A stretch of DNA of 64,000 bases from Nitrospinales bacterium (GTDB lineage Bacteria; Nitrospinota; Nitrospinia; Nitrospinales; VA-1): assembly GCA_965223345.1 (NCBI GenBank), contig CBDCWG010000012.1, positions 2,752,001 through 2,816,000 of the forward strand, read 5' to 3'. The translations under genes were made by a program, and so were the position numbers. Positions 20,375 to 30,897 of the stretch are shown here, piece by piece; the stretch's first letter is position 1, and each line of letters starts with the position of its first letter. Under the pieces are notes generated by a model. It was not told where the DNA came from. It worked only from the letters and a program-made list of their open reading frames with translations, and did not search any database.

Positions 20375-22663
20375 TCAATCGGAATCGAGCGACGGCTTTT
20401 TGTTTTCGGCCTGGCTCAACAGGAATTTCAACTCGGCGATCTGGTCGCCGGCGAGACGGATGGTGGATTCCTCTTTCTTCAGGCTCTGGATCTTCATGTT
20501 GACGTCCTCGGCCAGAAGGTTGAGGCCGCTCAGACGCTTATCGACATCGTCCAGCATGTCGATCTTGTTGTTGAGCGTGTCGATCTTCGACTGCGCTTCC
20601 TCGGTGACCGAGTTGAGCTTCTCGATATTGAGATTGATTTTGTTGAGGTTGTCGCGTTCCTTGTCGATGCGCTTCTTCTCGGAGTTGACGCGCGTGATCA
20701 CGGTGTCCAGGCGCGAGAGGGCCAGCTGCGTCTCGCGCACCTTCTCTTCGCCGGCGCTCACCTGTTTGGTGCGTTTTTCCACCTGGTTCATCAGGTTGTT
20801 CAACTGCTCGATCTTTTTCTCTGCCTGCAGGATGAACTCCTCCTTGTCGTCGAGCACTTCCTGGCGCACCTTGAGGTCCTTGATGACGTCGTTGATCTCG
20901 CTCAGCCGCTTTTCGATCAGACCGACCTGACTCGCCTCGCGCGTCAGGGTCTCGACCCGGCCCTCGAAATTCGAGGCCACCTGCCCCAGCTCCTCGCGGA
21001 TCGTGCTGATGCGGGTGATTTCCTCCTTGGAATCGTGCAGTTCCTTGAACTTGGAGCGCAGTTCGATCTCCAGGATGCTCTGCTTGGAGGACAGGTTGTT
21101 CATGCGCTTTTCCTGATCGTCGATGGCGGCCTTTTCCTTGGCGATGTCGAGGATCTTTTCCTCGACCGAATTGGCCATCGATTTGAGCCCTTCGAGTTTC
21201 TGGTCGATTTTTTCCAGAAAGTCGATCTTCTTGCTCACCTTGGCGATCTTGATGTTGGCTTCCTCGATGAAGAAATCCAGCCCGTCCACCTTCTTTTCCA
21301 GCTTTTCGATCAGGGCCTTGCGCTGCATCTGGGTTTCCATCTTCACGTCGAGGCTGATCACCATCGAACTCAAGTCGTTGATCTTCTTGTCCACCTGATC
21401 GACGAGGTTCTGCTTGCGGATGATCTCGTCCATCTGCAGCCGGGTGGACTCGCCCACTTCCTCGATCTGGGAGAGCACGCCCTTGATCGTGTCCACCTTG
21501 TGGATCTCCGCATCCAGGCGGTTGACCTTGGACTCTGCTTCTTCCGCCATCACGTTGAAGCGGTTCATCTTTTCGTTGGCGGCGTCGATGTTCTTCATCT
21601 CTTCCTTCAGGATCATCATCTTGTTGCTCAGGTTATCCATGAGGAAGGAGTTGAGTTTGTTGATCTTGTCCTCGGTCTTGTCGATGATGGCCTTTTCGTC
21701 GAGGATCTTGGTGATCTTGGTCTCCACGTCCACCGCCATGGCGTCCAGATCCCGCAGGCGGCCGCTGATGCTGCGGATCATTTCGTTTTTGACGGCGATG
21801 TTTTTCGATTCGACCTTGAGATCGCTGATCTCCCCGCTGATGCGGGTGAGCGCGTCCTGGGTTTCGTGCACGATGTGGGTCTGGCCGAGCAGTTTTTCGT
21901 AATCCTCCTGCACGATTTCCAGGGTCTGCTTCAATTCCTCGGTGTCGCGCGCGTAACCGGAGATCGATTCCTTTTCCCGGTGGATGAGCTGGAATTTGCG
22001 GTCCAGCTCCTTGACGATCTCCTGCATCTCGTGCACCTGGGCGGAGCCGGTTTTCATCATTTCCTTGAAGCTCGCGACTTCCTCGATCTTGTCGGAAACC
22101 TGATCCAGCATGTTCTCCAGCCGGCTGATGCCGCGTTCTGCATTTTTGATCAGCTTGTTTTCTTCCTTGAGCTTTTTGACCTTGGTGTCCATGTCCCAGA
22201 CCAGGACATTCAGCTTGCCGGCGTCCTCGTTGGCTTTTTCGACCAGACCGCGCTGCTGGTGCAGGCTTTTGATCTTGTGGTCGATGTGCTCGCTGAGCAG
22301 GTGCATTTCATCCAGTTCCCGCTTCAGGGAATTGTAATTCGACTCCAGCTCCTTGGAGATACGCTGGAATTCGCGCACGCGCACGTCGATGGTCTTGATG
22401 TCGTCCATCCGGTGGTCGAAGGTGTCGAGCCGTTTGAGGGTGTCGGGGATCTGCGTGGCCATGCGCTCGAAGAAATGTTTTTTCTCATCGAGGTCCTCGG
22501 ACTGCTGTTCGAAATACTCCACCAAGAGCTGCAGATTTTTGCGTTCGTGCGCCGCCGTCTCCAGTAACTCTTTGAACTCACTGACGTTAAAGTTCTCGGG
22601 CTCGAACGGACGGTTTTTGTCCACGTCCGAACCGGGTTTGTAAGATTCTGGGTTGTTTGGCAT
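20375..22663 (-). CDS. Long coiled-coil protein with about 20 tandem 31-residue repeats
   Basis: K/E/L/I-rich, no proline between the N-terminal region and the last few residues, no ATPase, TM or signal motif. Confidence 0.85.
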   Translation of the reverse strand: MPNNPESYKPGSDVDKNRPFEPENFNVSEFKELLETAAHERKNLQLLVEYFEQQSEDLDEKKHFFERMATQIPDTLKRLDTFDHRMDDIKTIDVRVREFQRISKELESNYNSLKRELDEMHLLSEHIDHKIKSLHQQRGLVEKANEDAGKLNVLVWDMDTKVKKLKEENKLIKNAERGISRLENMLDQVSDKIEEVASFKEMMKTGSAQVHEMQEIVKELDRKFQLIHREKESISGYARDTEELKQTLEIVQEDYEKLLGQTHIVHETQDALTRISGEISDLKVESKNIAVKNEMIRSISGRLRDLDAMAVDVETKITKILDEKAIIDKTEDKINKLNSFLMDNLSNKMMILKEEMKNIDAANEKMNRFNVMAEEAESKVNRLDAEIHKVDTIKGVLSQIEEVGESTRLQMDEIIRKQNLVDQVDKKINDLSSMVISLDVKMETQMQRKALIEKLEKKVDGLDFFIEEANIKIAKVSKKIDFLEKIDQKLEGLKSMANSVEEKILDIAKEKAAIDDQEKRMNNLSSKQSILEIELRSKFKELHDSKEEITRISTIREELGQVASNFEGRVETLTREASQVGLIEKRLSEINDVIKDLKVRQEVLDDKEEFILQAEKKIEQLNNLMNQVEKRTKQVSAGEEKVRETQLALSRLDTVITRVNSEKKRIDKERDNLNKINLNIEKLNSVTEEAQSKIDTLNNKIDMLDDVDKRLSGLNLLAEDVNMKIQSLKKEESTIRLAGDQIAELKFLLSQAENKKPSLDSD

Positions 22664-22773
22664 GACGGGCTTCCTAGATTGGACCTGAAGGATGGATGAA
22701 ACCGGGTTTGGAGACGAGCAACGAACCGATATTTATATGCTTATCGTCCGAATTTCAATAAGGTTTAGGGGAA

Positions 22774-23796
22774 TCAGGAAGTTTTGCCGATGAGGATTTC
22801 CGCGATCTGCACCGCGTTGAGGGCGGCGCCTTTGCGCAGGTTGTCCGAGACCACCCAGAAATTGACGGCGTTGTCACGGGAAATGTCGTCTCGGATGCGG
22901 CCCACATACACCGCGTCCTTGCCGCCCGCTTCGGTGGCGAGGGGATAGGTGTTGTTCTCCGGAGCATCCAGCAGTTCGATGCCGGGGCTGTTCGCCAGCA
23001 GGGTTTTGATTTCCGCGGCGGACACGGGCCGCTCGGTTTCCACGTTCACCGCCTCGGAATGCGAATAGAACACGGGCACCCGCACAGTGGTCGGAGACAC
23101 CTGGATCGAATCGTCGTTGAGGATCTTGCGGGTTTCGTTGACCATTTTCATCTCTTCCTTGGTGTAGCCGTTTTCCAGGAAGACGTCGATGTGCGGCAGG
23201 CAGTTGAAGGCGATCTGGTGCGGATAGACCTGCTTTTCCACCGCCTGGTCGTTGAGGATCTGCAGCGACTGGGTGGTCAGCTCCGCGACGGCTTTCTGGC
23301 CGGAGCCGGACACCGACTGGTAGGTGGAAACCACAACCCGGCGGATTTTGTATTTCTGATGAATGGGATGCAGCGCCACCACCATCTGGATGGTCGAGCA
23401 GTTGGGGTTGGCGATGATCCCGGGGCTGTCGCCGATCGCCTCCCGATTGACTTCGGGCACGATCAGGGGCACGCCGGGTTCCATGCGGAAGGCGCTGCTG
23501 TTGTCGATGACGACGCAGCCGGATTTCACGGCGCAGGGGGCGAACTGCTTGCTGGTGCCGCCGCCCGCCGAGAACAGCGCGATATCCATGCCCTCGAACG
23601 AGTCTTCCTTCAGTTCTTCAACCGTATGTTCGACGCCTGCATAGAGCAGGCTCTGGCCGGCCGAGCGCGCCGAGGCCAGCAGGCGGAGCTTGCGTACCGG
23701 GAAATTGCGTTCCTCCAGGATGGAAAGCATCCTGCGGCCCACGGCTCCGGTGGCTCCGGCGATGGCGACGTTGTAGCGGTCTTTTTTTGCGATCAT
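22774..23796 (-). CDS. asd: Aspartate-semialdehyde dehydrogenase
   Basis: GATGAVG, DNSSAFR, ANPNCST, YQSVSGSG, DNLRKGAA. Confidence 0.97.
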   Translation of the reverse strand: MIAKKDRYNVAIAGATGAVGRRMLSILEERNFPVRKLRLLASARSAGQSLLYAGVEHTVEELKEDSFEGMDIALFSAGGGTSKQFAPCAVKSGCVVIDNSSAFRMEPGVPLIVPEVNREAIGDSPGIIANPNCSTIQMVVALHPIHQKYKIRRVVVSTYQSVSGSGQKAVAELTTQSLQILNDQAVEKQVYPHQIAFNCLPHIDVFLENGYTKEEMKMVNETRKILNDDSIQVSPTTVRVPVFYSHSEAVNVETERPVSAAEIKTLLANSPGIELLDAPENNTYPLATEAGGKDAVYVGRIRDDISRDNAVNFWVVSDNLRKGAALNAVQIAEILIGKTS

Positions 23797-23809
23797 GGTT
23801 CTATGTGCT

Positions 23810-24901
23810 TCAGCCTGCGATTTTTTCCAGTTCCTCGACGACGAGATCGCCCATTTTCCGGGTTCCGACCTCCTGCATGCCGTCCGACATAATGTCGCGG
23901 GTGCGGAAGCCCCGGTCGAGCACCGATTCCACGGCCCGCTCGATCCAGGCGTTGGGCTCTTCGCGGCCGAGCGAATACTTGAACATCATGCCCACAGACA
24001 GGATGGTGGCGAGCGGGTTGGCCCAGTCCTTGCCGGCGATGTCCGGCGCGCTGCCGTGGATCGGCTCGTACATGCCGTTCCCGCCGCCCAGGCTGGCGGA
24101 GGGCAGCATGCCGATCGAACCGGTCAGCATCGAGGCCTCGTCGCTCAGGATGTCGCCGAACATGTTGGTGGTCACGATGACGTCGAACTGCTTGGGACAG
24201 CGGACGAGCTGCATGGCGCAGTTGTCCACGTACATGTGATCCAGCGCCACGTCGGGATAATCGGCGTGGGTGCGGGTCACGATCTCCCGCCACAGGCCGG
24301 TGGTCTCCAGGACGTTGGCCTTGTCCACCGACATCACCTGCTTGTTGCGCTTCTGTGCGACCTCGAACGCGATGCGGGCGATGCGTTCGATCTCCGCTTC
24401 GGTGTAGACCAGGGTGTTGATCCCTTTGCGCGTGCCGTCGGGCAGGGTTTCGATGCCGCGCGGCTCGCCGAAATAGATGCCGCCGGTCAGCTCGCGCACC
24501 ACCAGAATGTCGAGCCCTTCCACCAGTTCGCGCTTGAGCGTCGAGGCGTCGGCCAGGGCCGGGAAGATCTTCGCGGGTCTGAGGTTGGCGTACAGCTTGA
24601 GAGACGAGCGCAACCCCAAAAGCGCCCGCTCCGGCCGCAGCGAAAAATCCAGCGTTTCCCATTTCGGGCCGCCCACGGCGCCCAGCAGGACGGCGTCGGC
24701 TTCCTGAGCCGCCTTGAGCGAAGGTTCGGGCAGGGGATGCCCCGCCGCTTCGTATCCCGCTCCGCCGACGGGCACTTCGTTTTTCCTGAGTTTGATTCCC
24801 AGCCGCGATTCCAGAACGGCCAGGACTTTCACCGCCTCGGCGATGACTTCCGGGCCGATGCCGTCTCCCGGCAGAAGGGCGATATTGACTGTGTCGCTCA
24901 T
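23810..24901 (-). CDS. leuB: 3-isopropylmalate dehydrogenase
   Basis: [51 protein letters not shown]. Confidence 0.97.
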   Translation of the reverse strand: MSDTVNIALLPGDGIGPEVIAEAVKVLAVLESRLGIKLRKNEVPVGGAGYEAAGHPLPEPSLKAAQEADAVLLGAVGGPKWETLDFSLRPERALLGLRSSLKLYANLRPAKIFPALADASTLKRELVEGLDILVVRELTGGIYFGEPRGIETLPDGTRKGINTLVYTEAEIERIARIAFEVAQKRNKQVMSVDKANVLETTGLWREIVTRTHADYPDVALDHMYVDNCAMQLVRCPKQFDVIVTTNMFGDILSDEASMLTGSIGMLPSASLGGGNGMYEPIHGSAPDIAGKDWANPLATILSVGMMFKYSLGREEPNAWIERAVESVLDRGFRTRDIMSDGMQEVGTRKMGDLVVEELEKIAG

Positions 24902-25212
24902 GCTTGATCCTTGTTCCGATTTTACCGATGGGGGCCGGCAACCTGCCGTGAAAACGATCCAGTATATCCGGAGAATGGCGGTTGTAAACGATTTTTTGAC
25001 CTTTTTGCTGCGGCTGCCGCCGCCGAACCGGCAAGCCCGCCCGGGCACAAACCGGTTCCCCTCTCCGATGCGGAGGGCCTTTCTGCCGGTGGATTTTTTG
25101 TGACCGGATTGCAATTGCACTGCGCGCCGACGCCCTGATAGGGTAGAATGTGTCATCCGCAATTCATTGTGCCGGTTGAGGAGGGGACATTTTCGATGCA
25201 GGAGCCGTTGTC

Positions 25213-25695
25213 ATGAAAATCGTTCTTCTTTCTTTGCTATTGAGTTCGGTATTCACCGGGGCGGGGCCGGAAACCATTGAGGGCCATGCGGGCTTCAAAT
25301 TCGGCATGACGCTGGAAGAAGCCGACCGGGTGAGGACCGACGACACCATCACCGACTGCGAATACGAGGATTCCGAGTCGAGCAACGACTACCAATGCCT
25401 GGAATACACCGACCGCTTCCTGGGCGAACCGAGCCGGGTGCTCGTGCAGTTCAACGAAGAAACCCATCTGGTGGACCGCATCATCGTGATCGTCGATGCG
25501 ACGGGGGACTGCACCGACACCGCCGACCGGCTGCAGGAAACGCTGGCGGAAAACTACGGGCCCTCTCAGGCGAAAAACGCGCGCAATTCGATCTGGCTCG
25601 ACAAGGCGGGCGGTTCGGTGAAGCTCACGCATATGTGCGTGCATGAAAAAATGGGCATGGTGATCGTCACCTACAATGAAAATGAACACTCCTGA
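25213..25695 (+). CDS. Hypothetical exported protein
   Basis: Signal peptide, GFKFGMT motif, four Cys, GGAG RBS. Confidence 0.7.
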   Translation: MKIVLLSLLLSSVFTGAGPETIEGHAGFKFGMTLEEADRVRTDDTITDCEYEDSESSNDYQCLEYTDRFLGEPSRVLVQFNEETHLVDRIIVIVDATGDCTDTADRLQETLAENYGPSQAKNARNSIWLDKAGGSVKLTHMCVHEKMGMVIVTYNENEHS

Positions 25696-26152
25696 ACGCG
25701 GGCACGTCCGCAGCGGTTACCCCGCGTCAAGCGGCATCGGGGCCGCCGCGGCGCTGTTCTTCCTGCTGCTTCTCGGTCCTGCGGCTGCCGTCGGTGAGGC
25801 GGGCACGATCGACCTGAAGATCGACAAGGTCTACACCAACGAGATGGGCTGGCCGCACGCGGACGTCACGGTGACCAACCGCGCGGGCAAGGGGCTGTAC
25901 TCGGTGGACGTCGAGTGCCACTGGACGAAGGACGGCACGCTGGTCGCGCGCGGTATCCGCACCTATTTCAACCTGCCGGACGGCTGGAGCGATCAGGAGA
26001 AAGTCTACGACATCAAAAACGTCCGCTTCGATAAGGTCAAATGCCACATCCCCGGTTTCATGACCAACAAGGAGCGGCAGGAATCCGAGGATAAATTCGG
26101 CAAGGGCCTCACCGAATTGAAAAACACGCTCAAGCAACTGCAGGAGGATTGA
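25682..26152 (+). CDS. Hypothetical exported protein, possible Ig-like fold
   Basis: Hydrophobic N-terminal segment; VTVTN...VDVEC...C pattern. Confidence 0.65.
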   Translation: MNTPERGHVRSGYPASSGIGAAAALFFLLLLGPAAAVGEAGTIDLKIDKVYTNEMGWPHADVTVTNRAGKGLYSVDVECHWTKDGTLVARGIRTYFNLPDGWSDQEKVYDIKNVRFDKVKCHIPGFMTNKERQESEDKFGKGLTELKNTLKQLQED

Positions 26153-26243
26153 GCGCGCCCCCTCTCCACACGTCTTGATTTGCCCCGGTCGCCGTGCTAT
26201 AGGAAAGGCCCATGAACGGCACCCCTTCCCTCTCATCCCCGAC

Positions 26244-27014
26244 ATGATTCAAGGCAAACGCATCACGGTGGTCATGCCCGCCTACAACGCGGAAAAGACG
26301 CTGCGCCAGACCTACGAGGAAATCCCCAAAGACATCGTCGATGCGGTGCTGCTCACCGACGATGCCAGCAGCGACAAGACCATCGAGGTCGCGAAACAGC
26401 TGGGCATCCAGACCTTCGTGCACGCATCCAACCAGGGTTACGGCGCCAACCAGAAAACCTGCTACCGCGAGGCGCTGAACCTGGGCAGCGACATCGTCGT
26501 CATGCTGCATCCGGATTACCAGTACACGCCGCGGCTGATCACCGCGATGGCGTCGATGATCGCCGAAGGCGTGTTCGATGTGGTCATCGGCTCGCGCATC
26601 CTCGGCAACCAGGCCATCTCCGGCGGCATGCCGGTGTACAAATACGTCTCCAACCGGTTTCTGACGCTGGTGGAAAACATCCTCATCCAGCAGAAGCTGT
26701 CGGAATACCACACCGGCTACCGGGCGTTCAGCGCCGAAACCCTGAGAACCATCCCGCTGCTGGAAAATTCCGACGACTTCGTGTTCGACAACGAAATGCT
26801 CCTGCAGGCGCTGTACTTCGGCTTCCGCGTCGGCGAGGTGTCCTGCCCGGCGCGTTATTTTCCGGAAGCCTCGTCCATCAGTTTCAAGCGCAGCGTGACC
26901 TACGGCCGCGGCGTGATTTCCACGGCCATGAAGTACTTTCTCGCCAAACGCGGCTGGGCTGCCTCGCCGCTCTTCGACCCCGAGGGCAAAAAGCTTTCCG
27001 CCTCCTCCCAGTAG
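26244..27014 (+). CDS. Glycosyltransferase family 2 (DPM1-like)
   Basis: VVMPAYN, DDASSD, NQGYG, HPDYQY, GSR, GYRAF. Confidence 0.92.
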   Translation: MIQGKRITVVMPAYNAEKTLRQTYEEIPKDIVDAVLLTDDASSDKTIEVAKQLGIQTFVHASNQGYGANQKTCYREALNLGSDIVVMLHPDYQYTPRLITAMASMIAEGVFDVVIGSRILGNQAISGGMPVYKYVSNRFLTLVENILIQQKLSEYHTGYRAFSAETLRTIPLLENSDDFVFDNEMLLQALYFGFRVGEVSCPARYFPEASSISFKRSVTYGRGVISTAMKYFLAKRGWAASPLFDPEGKKLSASSQ

Positions 27015-27109
27015 CCTCCGATTCCCGCAGCGCAGCCGGAATAAACCGGTTTTCCCCCTGCTCTTAATTTACGGACGGTTTGGTTCAATCCGAAACACAG
27101 GAGAATCGT

Positions 27110-27757
27110 ATGAAGCCGAATTTCTGTAAAAGCCTGCTCGCTGTCGCGGTGTTTTTTTTCGTCCTGTCGTCTGCGGCGTCCTGCTGGGCGGACGGCAGCC
27201 TCACGCTGATCGCGCGCACGGACGAAGGCCGCCTGAAGATCGTCCTCAATGAGGAAAACGGCGAACTGTTCGGCCTGGCGCGGGAAGGCTGGGCGACGAC
27301 CCATTCGCTGGAGTCGTATCACGAGGACAAGGAATACACGCTCATCGTCGGAGACGACGTGTTCGTGATCGAACGCTGGGACCTGGGGCGCTTCAAAACC
27401 TACGGCGGCGTCATCCAGGACGACCGGGGCCTGTCGGCGCAGGCCGAAACCATCGGGACCCGCCTGAGCATGATGGGAACGCTGGAAAACGAAATGAACC
27501 GGCTGCTGGATTTCGAGGTGCGGGTGGATAAAAAGCAGGGCACGTTCGAGTTGACCTGGGGGAAGAACGTGCTGTTTCTGAAAAAAATTCCCAAACAGGA
27601 AGGCGGCGGGCCGGGCCGCTGCGAAGGCGGGCTGGTCAAAATGGATTCGGAGACGCTGGGCCGGTTCTGGTGCAAAAGCTCCGGCACGCTCAAGGATGTG
27701 CTGTTCACCGACCCGGATCACATCCTGGCCTGGATCGTCCTGCCCTTCGTGAAGTGA
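27110..27757 (+). CDS. Hypothetical exported protein
   Basis: AGGAG RBS, signal peptide, coding-like codon usage. Confidence 0.7.
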   Translation: MKPNFCKSLLAVAVFFFVLSSAASCWADGSLTLIARTDEGRLKIVLNEENGELFGLAREGWATTHSLESYHEDKEYTLIVGDDVFVIERWDLGRFKTYGGVIQDDRGLSAQAETIGTRLSMMGTLENEMNRLLDFEVRVDKKQGTFELTWGKNVLFLKKIPKQEGGGPGRCEGGLVKMDSETLGRFWCKSSGTLKDVLFTDPDHILAWIVLPFVK

Positions 27758-27775
27758 AGCGGCAACGCCGGGTGT

Positions 27776-28522
27776 TCAGTCGTCTTCGTAAAGCACCTTC
27801 ACCAGGCACAGGCCCTGCGGCTGGGCGGTGGGGCCGGCGAGCTTGCGGTCTTTCGAGCACATGATCTCGCCCACCCGCTCCGGCGTCATCTTGCCGCGCC
27901 CGACCAGAACCAGGGTGCCGACGATGTTGCGCACCATGTGCTTTAAAAACCCGTCGCCTTCGAAATACAGATCGATGAAATCGCCTCTCTTTTCGATGTC
28001 GATGCGGTAGAGCGTGCGCACCGGGCTTTTGGCCTCGCAGTTGGAAGCGCGCACGGCGGAAAAATCCAGCTCGCCGAGGAAATGCCGTTTCGCTTCGTCC
28101 ATCGCTTTCAGGTCGAGGGGCGTCTGGATGTACAGGCAGCGCCCGGCGCACAGGGCGGAGGGGTGGTCGCGGTTGAGGATGGTGTAGCGGTAGACTTTGC
28201 GCACCGCGCTCATCTGGGCGTGAAAATCGTCCGGCATGTCGGTGACGGATTTGATCACGATGTCCTGCGGCAGCAGGCTGTTGAAGGCCATGAGAAACTC
28301 GGTGGGGGTCATGGTGGATTCGGTGCGAAAATGCGCCACCTGCCCTTCCGCGTGCACGCCGGCGTCTGTGCGGCCGGAGGCCACGACGGCGTTTTCCTCG
28401 CCGGTGATGCGGGTGAGGCAGTTCTGCAGCACGCCTTGAATGGTGGTGCCGTTGGTTTGCAGCTGCCAGCCGCTGTAGCGGATGCCATCGTATTCGATGA
28501 CGAGTCTCAGTTTCCGGGTCAA
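27776..28522 (-). CDS. truA: tRNA pseudouridine(38-40) synthase
   Basis: EYDG..YSGWQ, GRTDAGVHA, GFLKHMVRNIVG, GPTA; TTG or GTG start near 28522-28525. Confidence 0.96.
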   Translation of the reverse strand: MTRKLRLVIEYDGIRYSGWQLQTNGTTIQGVLQNCLTRITGEENAVVASGRTDAGVHAEGQVAHFRTESTMTPTEFLMAFNSLLPQDIVIKSVTDMPDDFHAQMSAVRKVYRYTILNRDHPSALCAGRCLYIQTPLDLKAMDEAKRHFLGELDFSAVRASNCEAKSPVRTLYRIDIEKRGDFIDLYFEGDGFLKHMVRNIVGTLVLVGRGKMTPERVGEIMCSKDRKLAGPTAQPQGLCLVKVLYEDD

Positions 28523-28539
28523 CACCGGTCTCCCAATGC

Positions 28540-28584
28540 AAAAAAAACGCGCTGCCTCCCGCACAGCGCGTTTTTCTCTTTTTT
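28540..28584. terminator. Bidirectional intrinsic terminator
   Basis: A8-CGCGCTG-loop-CAGCGCG-T5 hairpin. Confidence 0.75.
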
Positions 28585-28758
28585 ACTGGCCCCGGCTGAA
28601 TCTACGGGAACCGTCCCTGTTTATACAGGGAACTCTTTTTTTACCGTCAAAGCTTCTTCGAAAGGGGGACTCACAGCTCCTCAATACCTCCTGATGGTTG
28701 CTCGTCTCAAACCCTCCAATGCAAATATAATCCCCGTTTCGCCGTGCGCAAGGTTTTT

Positions 28759-30897
28759 TTATCCCGGCTGTAGAACTTTCGAGAACGGCCGCTGCCCGAT
28801 GAGCAGCAGTTCGTCCTGGGCGCGGGTGACGGCAACGTACATCAAATTCCGGCTCTCTTCCTTGCGGTGCGGGTAGTTGTCCTCGTCGGGATCGACGATC
28901 GCCACCGCGTCGAATTCCAGCCCCTTCACCTGGTGAATATTGGTCACCAGGACGCCGGGTTCGAACGAAAACTGGCTGCGGTAGCCGAGCCTGAGACCCT
29001 CGGGGATCATCTCTTCCAGATCCTCCTTCAACTCCATGGCCTGCTTCGGATAGCGGCACACGAGCGCGATCAGCCGGTTCGGGTCCTCCGCGCGCAATCC
29101 TGCGGTCCAGTCGGCCAGGGTTTCCAGGACGCCGTTGCGGTCTTCGGCGCGTTGCCATTTGGGAGGCGGTCCCTGCCGGCCTTCCACCGGGCCGCCGGTG
29201 CCCGCGACGCGGTGCGCCAGCTCCATGATGGGCACGGTGCAGCGGAAGGAGACCTGAAGCTGAATCAGGTCCGAGGCGTCCATTTTCAGATGCTGCACGA
29301 TGCGGTCCCAGCCGATGAATTTGCGCGAGAACAGGATTTTCTGGCTCACGTCGCCGACGATGGTGAGGTGGCGCGGGTCGTGCACGGCGTGCTTCATGAC
29401 GGAAAACTCCACCGGGCCGAAATCCTGCACTTCGTCGATCACCAGGTGGTCGAGCACGACGGGCAGTCCGTTTTTTCCGGGCAGGCCGCCGTTTTTGAGC
29501 TGGATGTTCTTGAGCAGCAGCGACAGGTCGAAGTAATCCAGCGTCTTGTTCCTGCGGTTCTTCTCGGTGATCTTTTTGAGGTACGCCAGGTGCTCGTCGC
29601 GCTTGGGATGGGGTTTGAGGTGCGCCTTGAGCCCGGTTTCATCGCACAGCAGCCCGTAGATGTCGCTCACGTAATCTTCCAGCGCAGCGAGGTGGGCCTG
29701 CAACGCCTGCAGATACTGCTTTTTCTCCGGCTCCGGCAGGGCGGCCTGTTTCACCTCGTGCAGGAAATCGCGCAGGCGCGGCAGCAATGGCTTCGTGCCG
29801 CTCTCGACCCAGAGGCGGCGCAAGGATTCGCGTGTCTCGAAGCGTTCGCGCAGCGAGCGGTCGATCTCATCGGCCTGCCGCTCGACACGGGCGGACAGGG
29901 CCGCCAGGATCTCCTCGGAGAACTTGATGGATTCGACGAATTCGGGCAGGTTGAAAAATTTGAAATGCGGCGTCTTGCGCATGGCGTTGCGGATGATGGC
30001 AAACGCCCAGGCGTTGAACGTGGTGGTCTCGACGCCCTCGATGCCCATCGACGGCAGGGTGGCGCCGACGTACATCTGCAGCGCCTTGTTCATGACGACG
30101 ACGCGGGTGTTTTCGGGACGCGCGCCGGAGTTGGCGTCGTGCAGCAGCCAGGCGAGCCGGTGCAGCGCGACGGTGGTTTTCCCGGAACCCGCCGAGCCCT
30201 GAATGATGACTGGCCGGTCCGGATCGCTGGTGATGAGCTGGAACTGGTCCTTGGTGATCAAAGACAGGATGCTGGGCAGGCGTTTTTCCCGGCTGTGGGC
30301 GGTGCGGGAGCGGTGCGCGGCGATTTCGGCGTCCACGTCGAGCTTGATCCAGCCGGTGCCGTTGCAGTGAAAGACCCCCTCGGGCGTGTCGATCTGCACG
30401 AGGCGGCCGTTTTCCACCTTGTAGGAGCGGCGGATCTTGATGCGGCCGCTGCGCTCGCGCTCGTTGATGACCTCGAAGAATTCCTCGCCCTGCTTGTAGT
30501 TGAAATAAAGCGCCGAGATGGGGCCGTTGCGCCAGTCCACGATGCCCGAGTGGACGTTGCCCTTCTTGCCGATCAGAAACGCCACTTCCGAGCCGTCGTC
30601 CTCGGTGGTGACGACGCGGCCGAAATAGGGTTCTGCGATCAATTCCTTCAGCACCTCGTCGCTTTCCTTGCGGATATCGACCACGCGGTGCGCCACCGCC
30701 TCATCGGAAACCAGCGGCTGCCGCTCCTCCGGGTTCCACTCGTTGGTCACCTTCTCGGTGAGGTTGCGCGCCGACAGGTTGGCGGCGATCTTCGCCGCCT
30801 GCGCCTGCGGCAGCTCTTCACACAGGGCTCGGACCGTTTTTTCAAACAATTCCTCTTCCTCGGCGACCAGCTTTTTTTCTTCTTCCGATAATTGCAT
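28759..30897 (-). CDS. HelD-like superfamily 1 (UvrD-like) ATPase
   Basis: PYFGRV and IVDWR N-terminal motifs typical of HelD; QGSAGSGKTT, IDEVQD, VGDVSQ, SFR, KGLEFD, YVAVTRA. Confidence 0.82.
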   Translation of the reverse strand: MQLSEEEKKLVAEEEELFEKTVRALCEELPQAQAAKIAANLSARNLTEKVTNEWNPEERQPLVSDEAVAHRVVDIRKESDEVLKELIAEPYFGRVVTTEDDGSEVAFLIGKKGNVHSGIVDWRNGPISALYFNYKQGEEFFEVINERERSGRIKIRRSYKVENGRLVQIDTPEGVFHCNGTGWIKLDVDAEIAAHRSRTAHSREKRLPSILSLITKDQFQLITSDPDRPVIIQGSAGSGKTTVALHRLAWLLHDANSGARPENTRVVVMNKALQMYVGATLPSMGIEGVETTTFNAWAFAIIRNAMRKTPHFKFFNLPEFVESIKFSEEILAALSARVERQADEIDRSLRERFETRESLRRLWVESGTKPLLPRLRDFLHEVKQAALPEPEKKQYLQALQAHLAALEDYVSDIYGLLCDETGLKAHLKPHPKRDEHLAYLKKITEKNRRNKTLDYFDLSLLLKNIQLKNGGLPGKNGLPVVLDHLVIDEVQDFGPVEFSVMKHAVHDPRHLTIVGDVSQKILFSRKFIGWDRIVQHLKMDASDLIQLQVSFRCTVPIMELAHRVAGTGGPVEGRQGPPPKWQRAEDRNGVLETLADWTAGLRAEDPNRLIALVCRYPKQAMELKEDLEEMIPEGLRLGYRSQFSFEPGVLVTNIHQVKGLEFDAVAIVDPDEDNYPHRKEESRNLMYVAVTRAQDELLLIGQRPFSKVLQPG

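Noticed and set aside
20375..22663. SMC or SbcC assignment for the coiled-coil protein
   Set aside because: No Walker A/B, signature motif or hinge.
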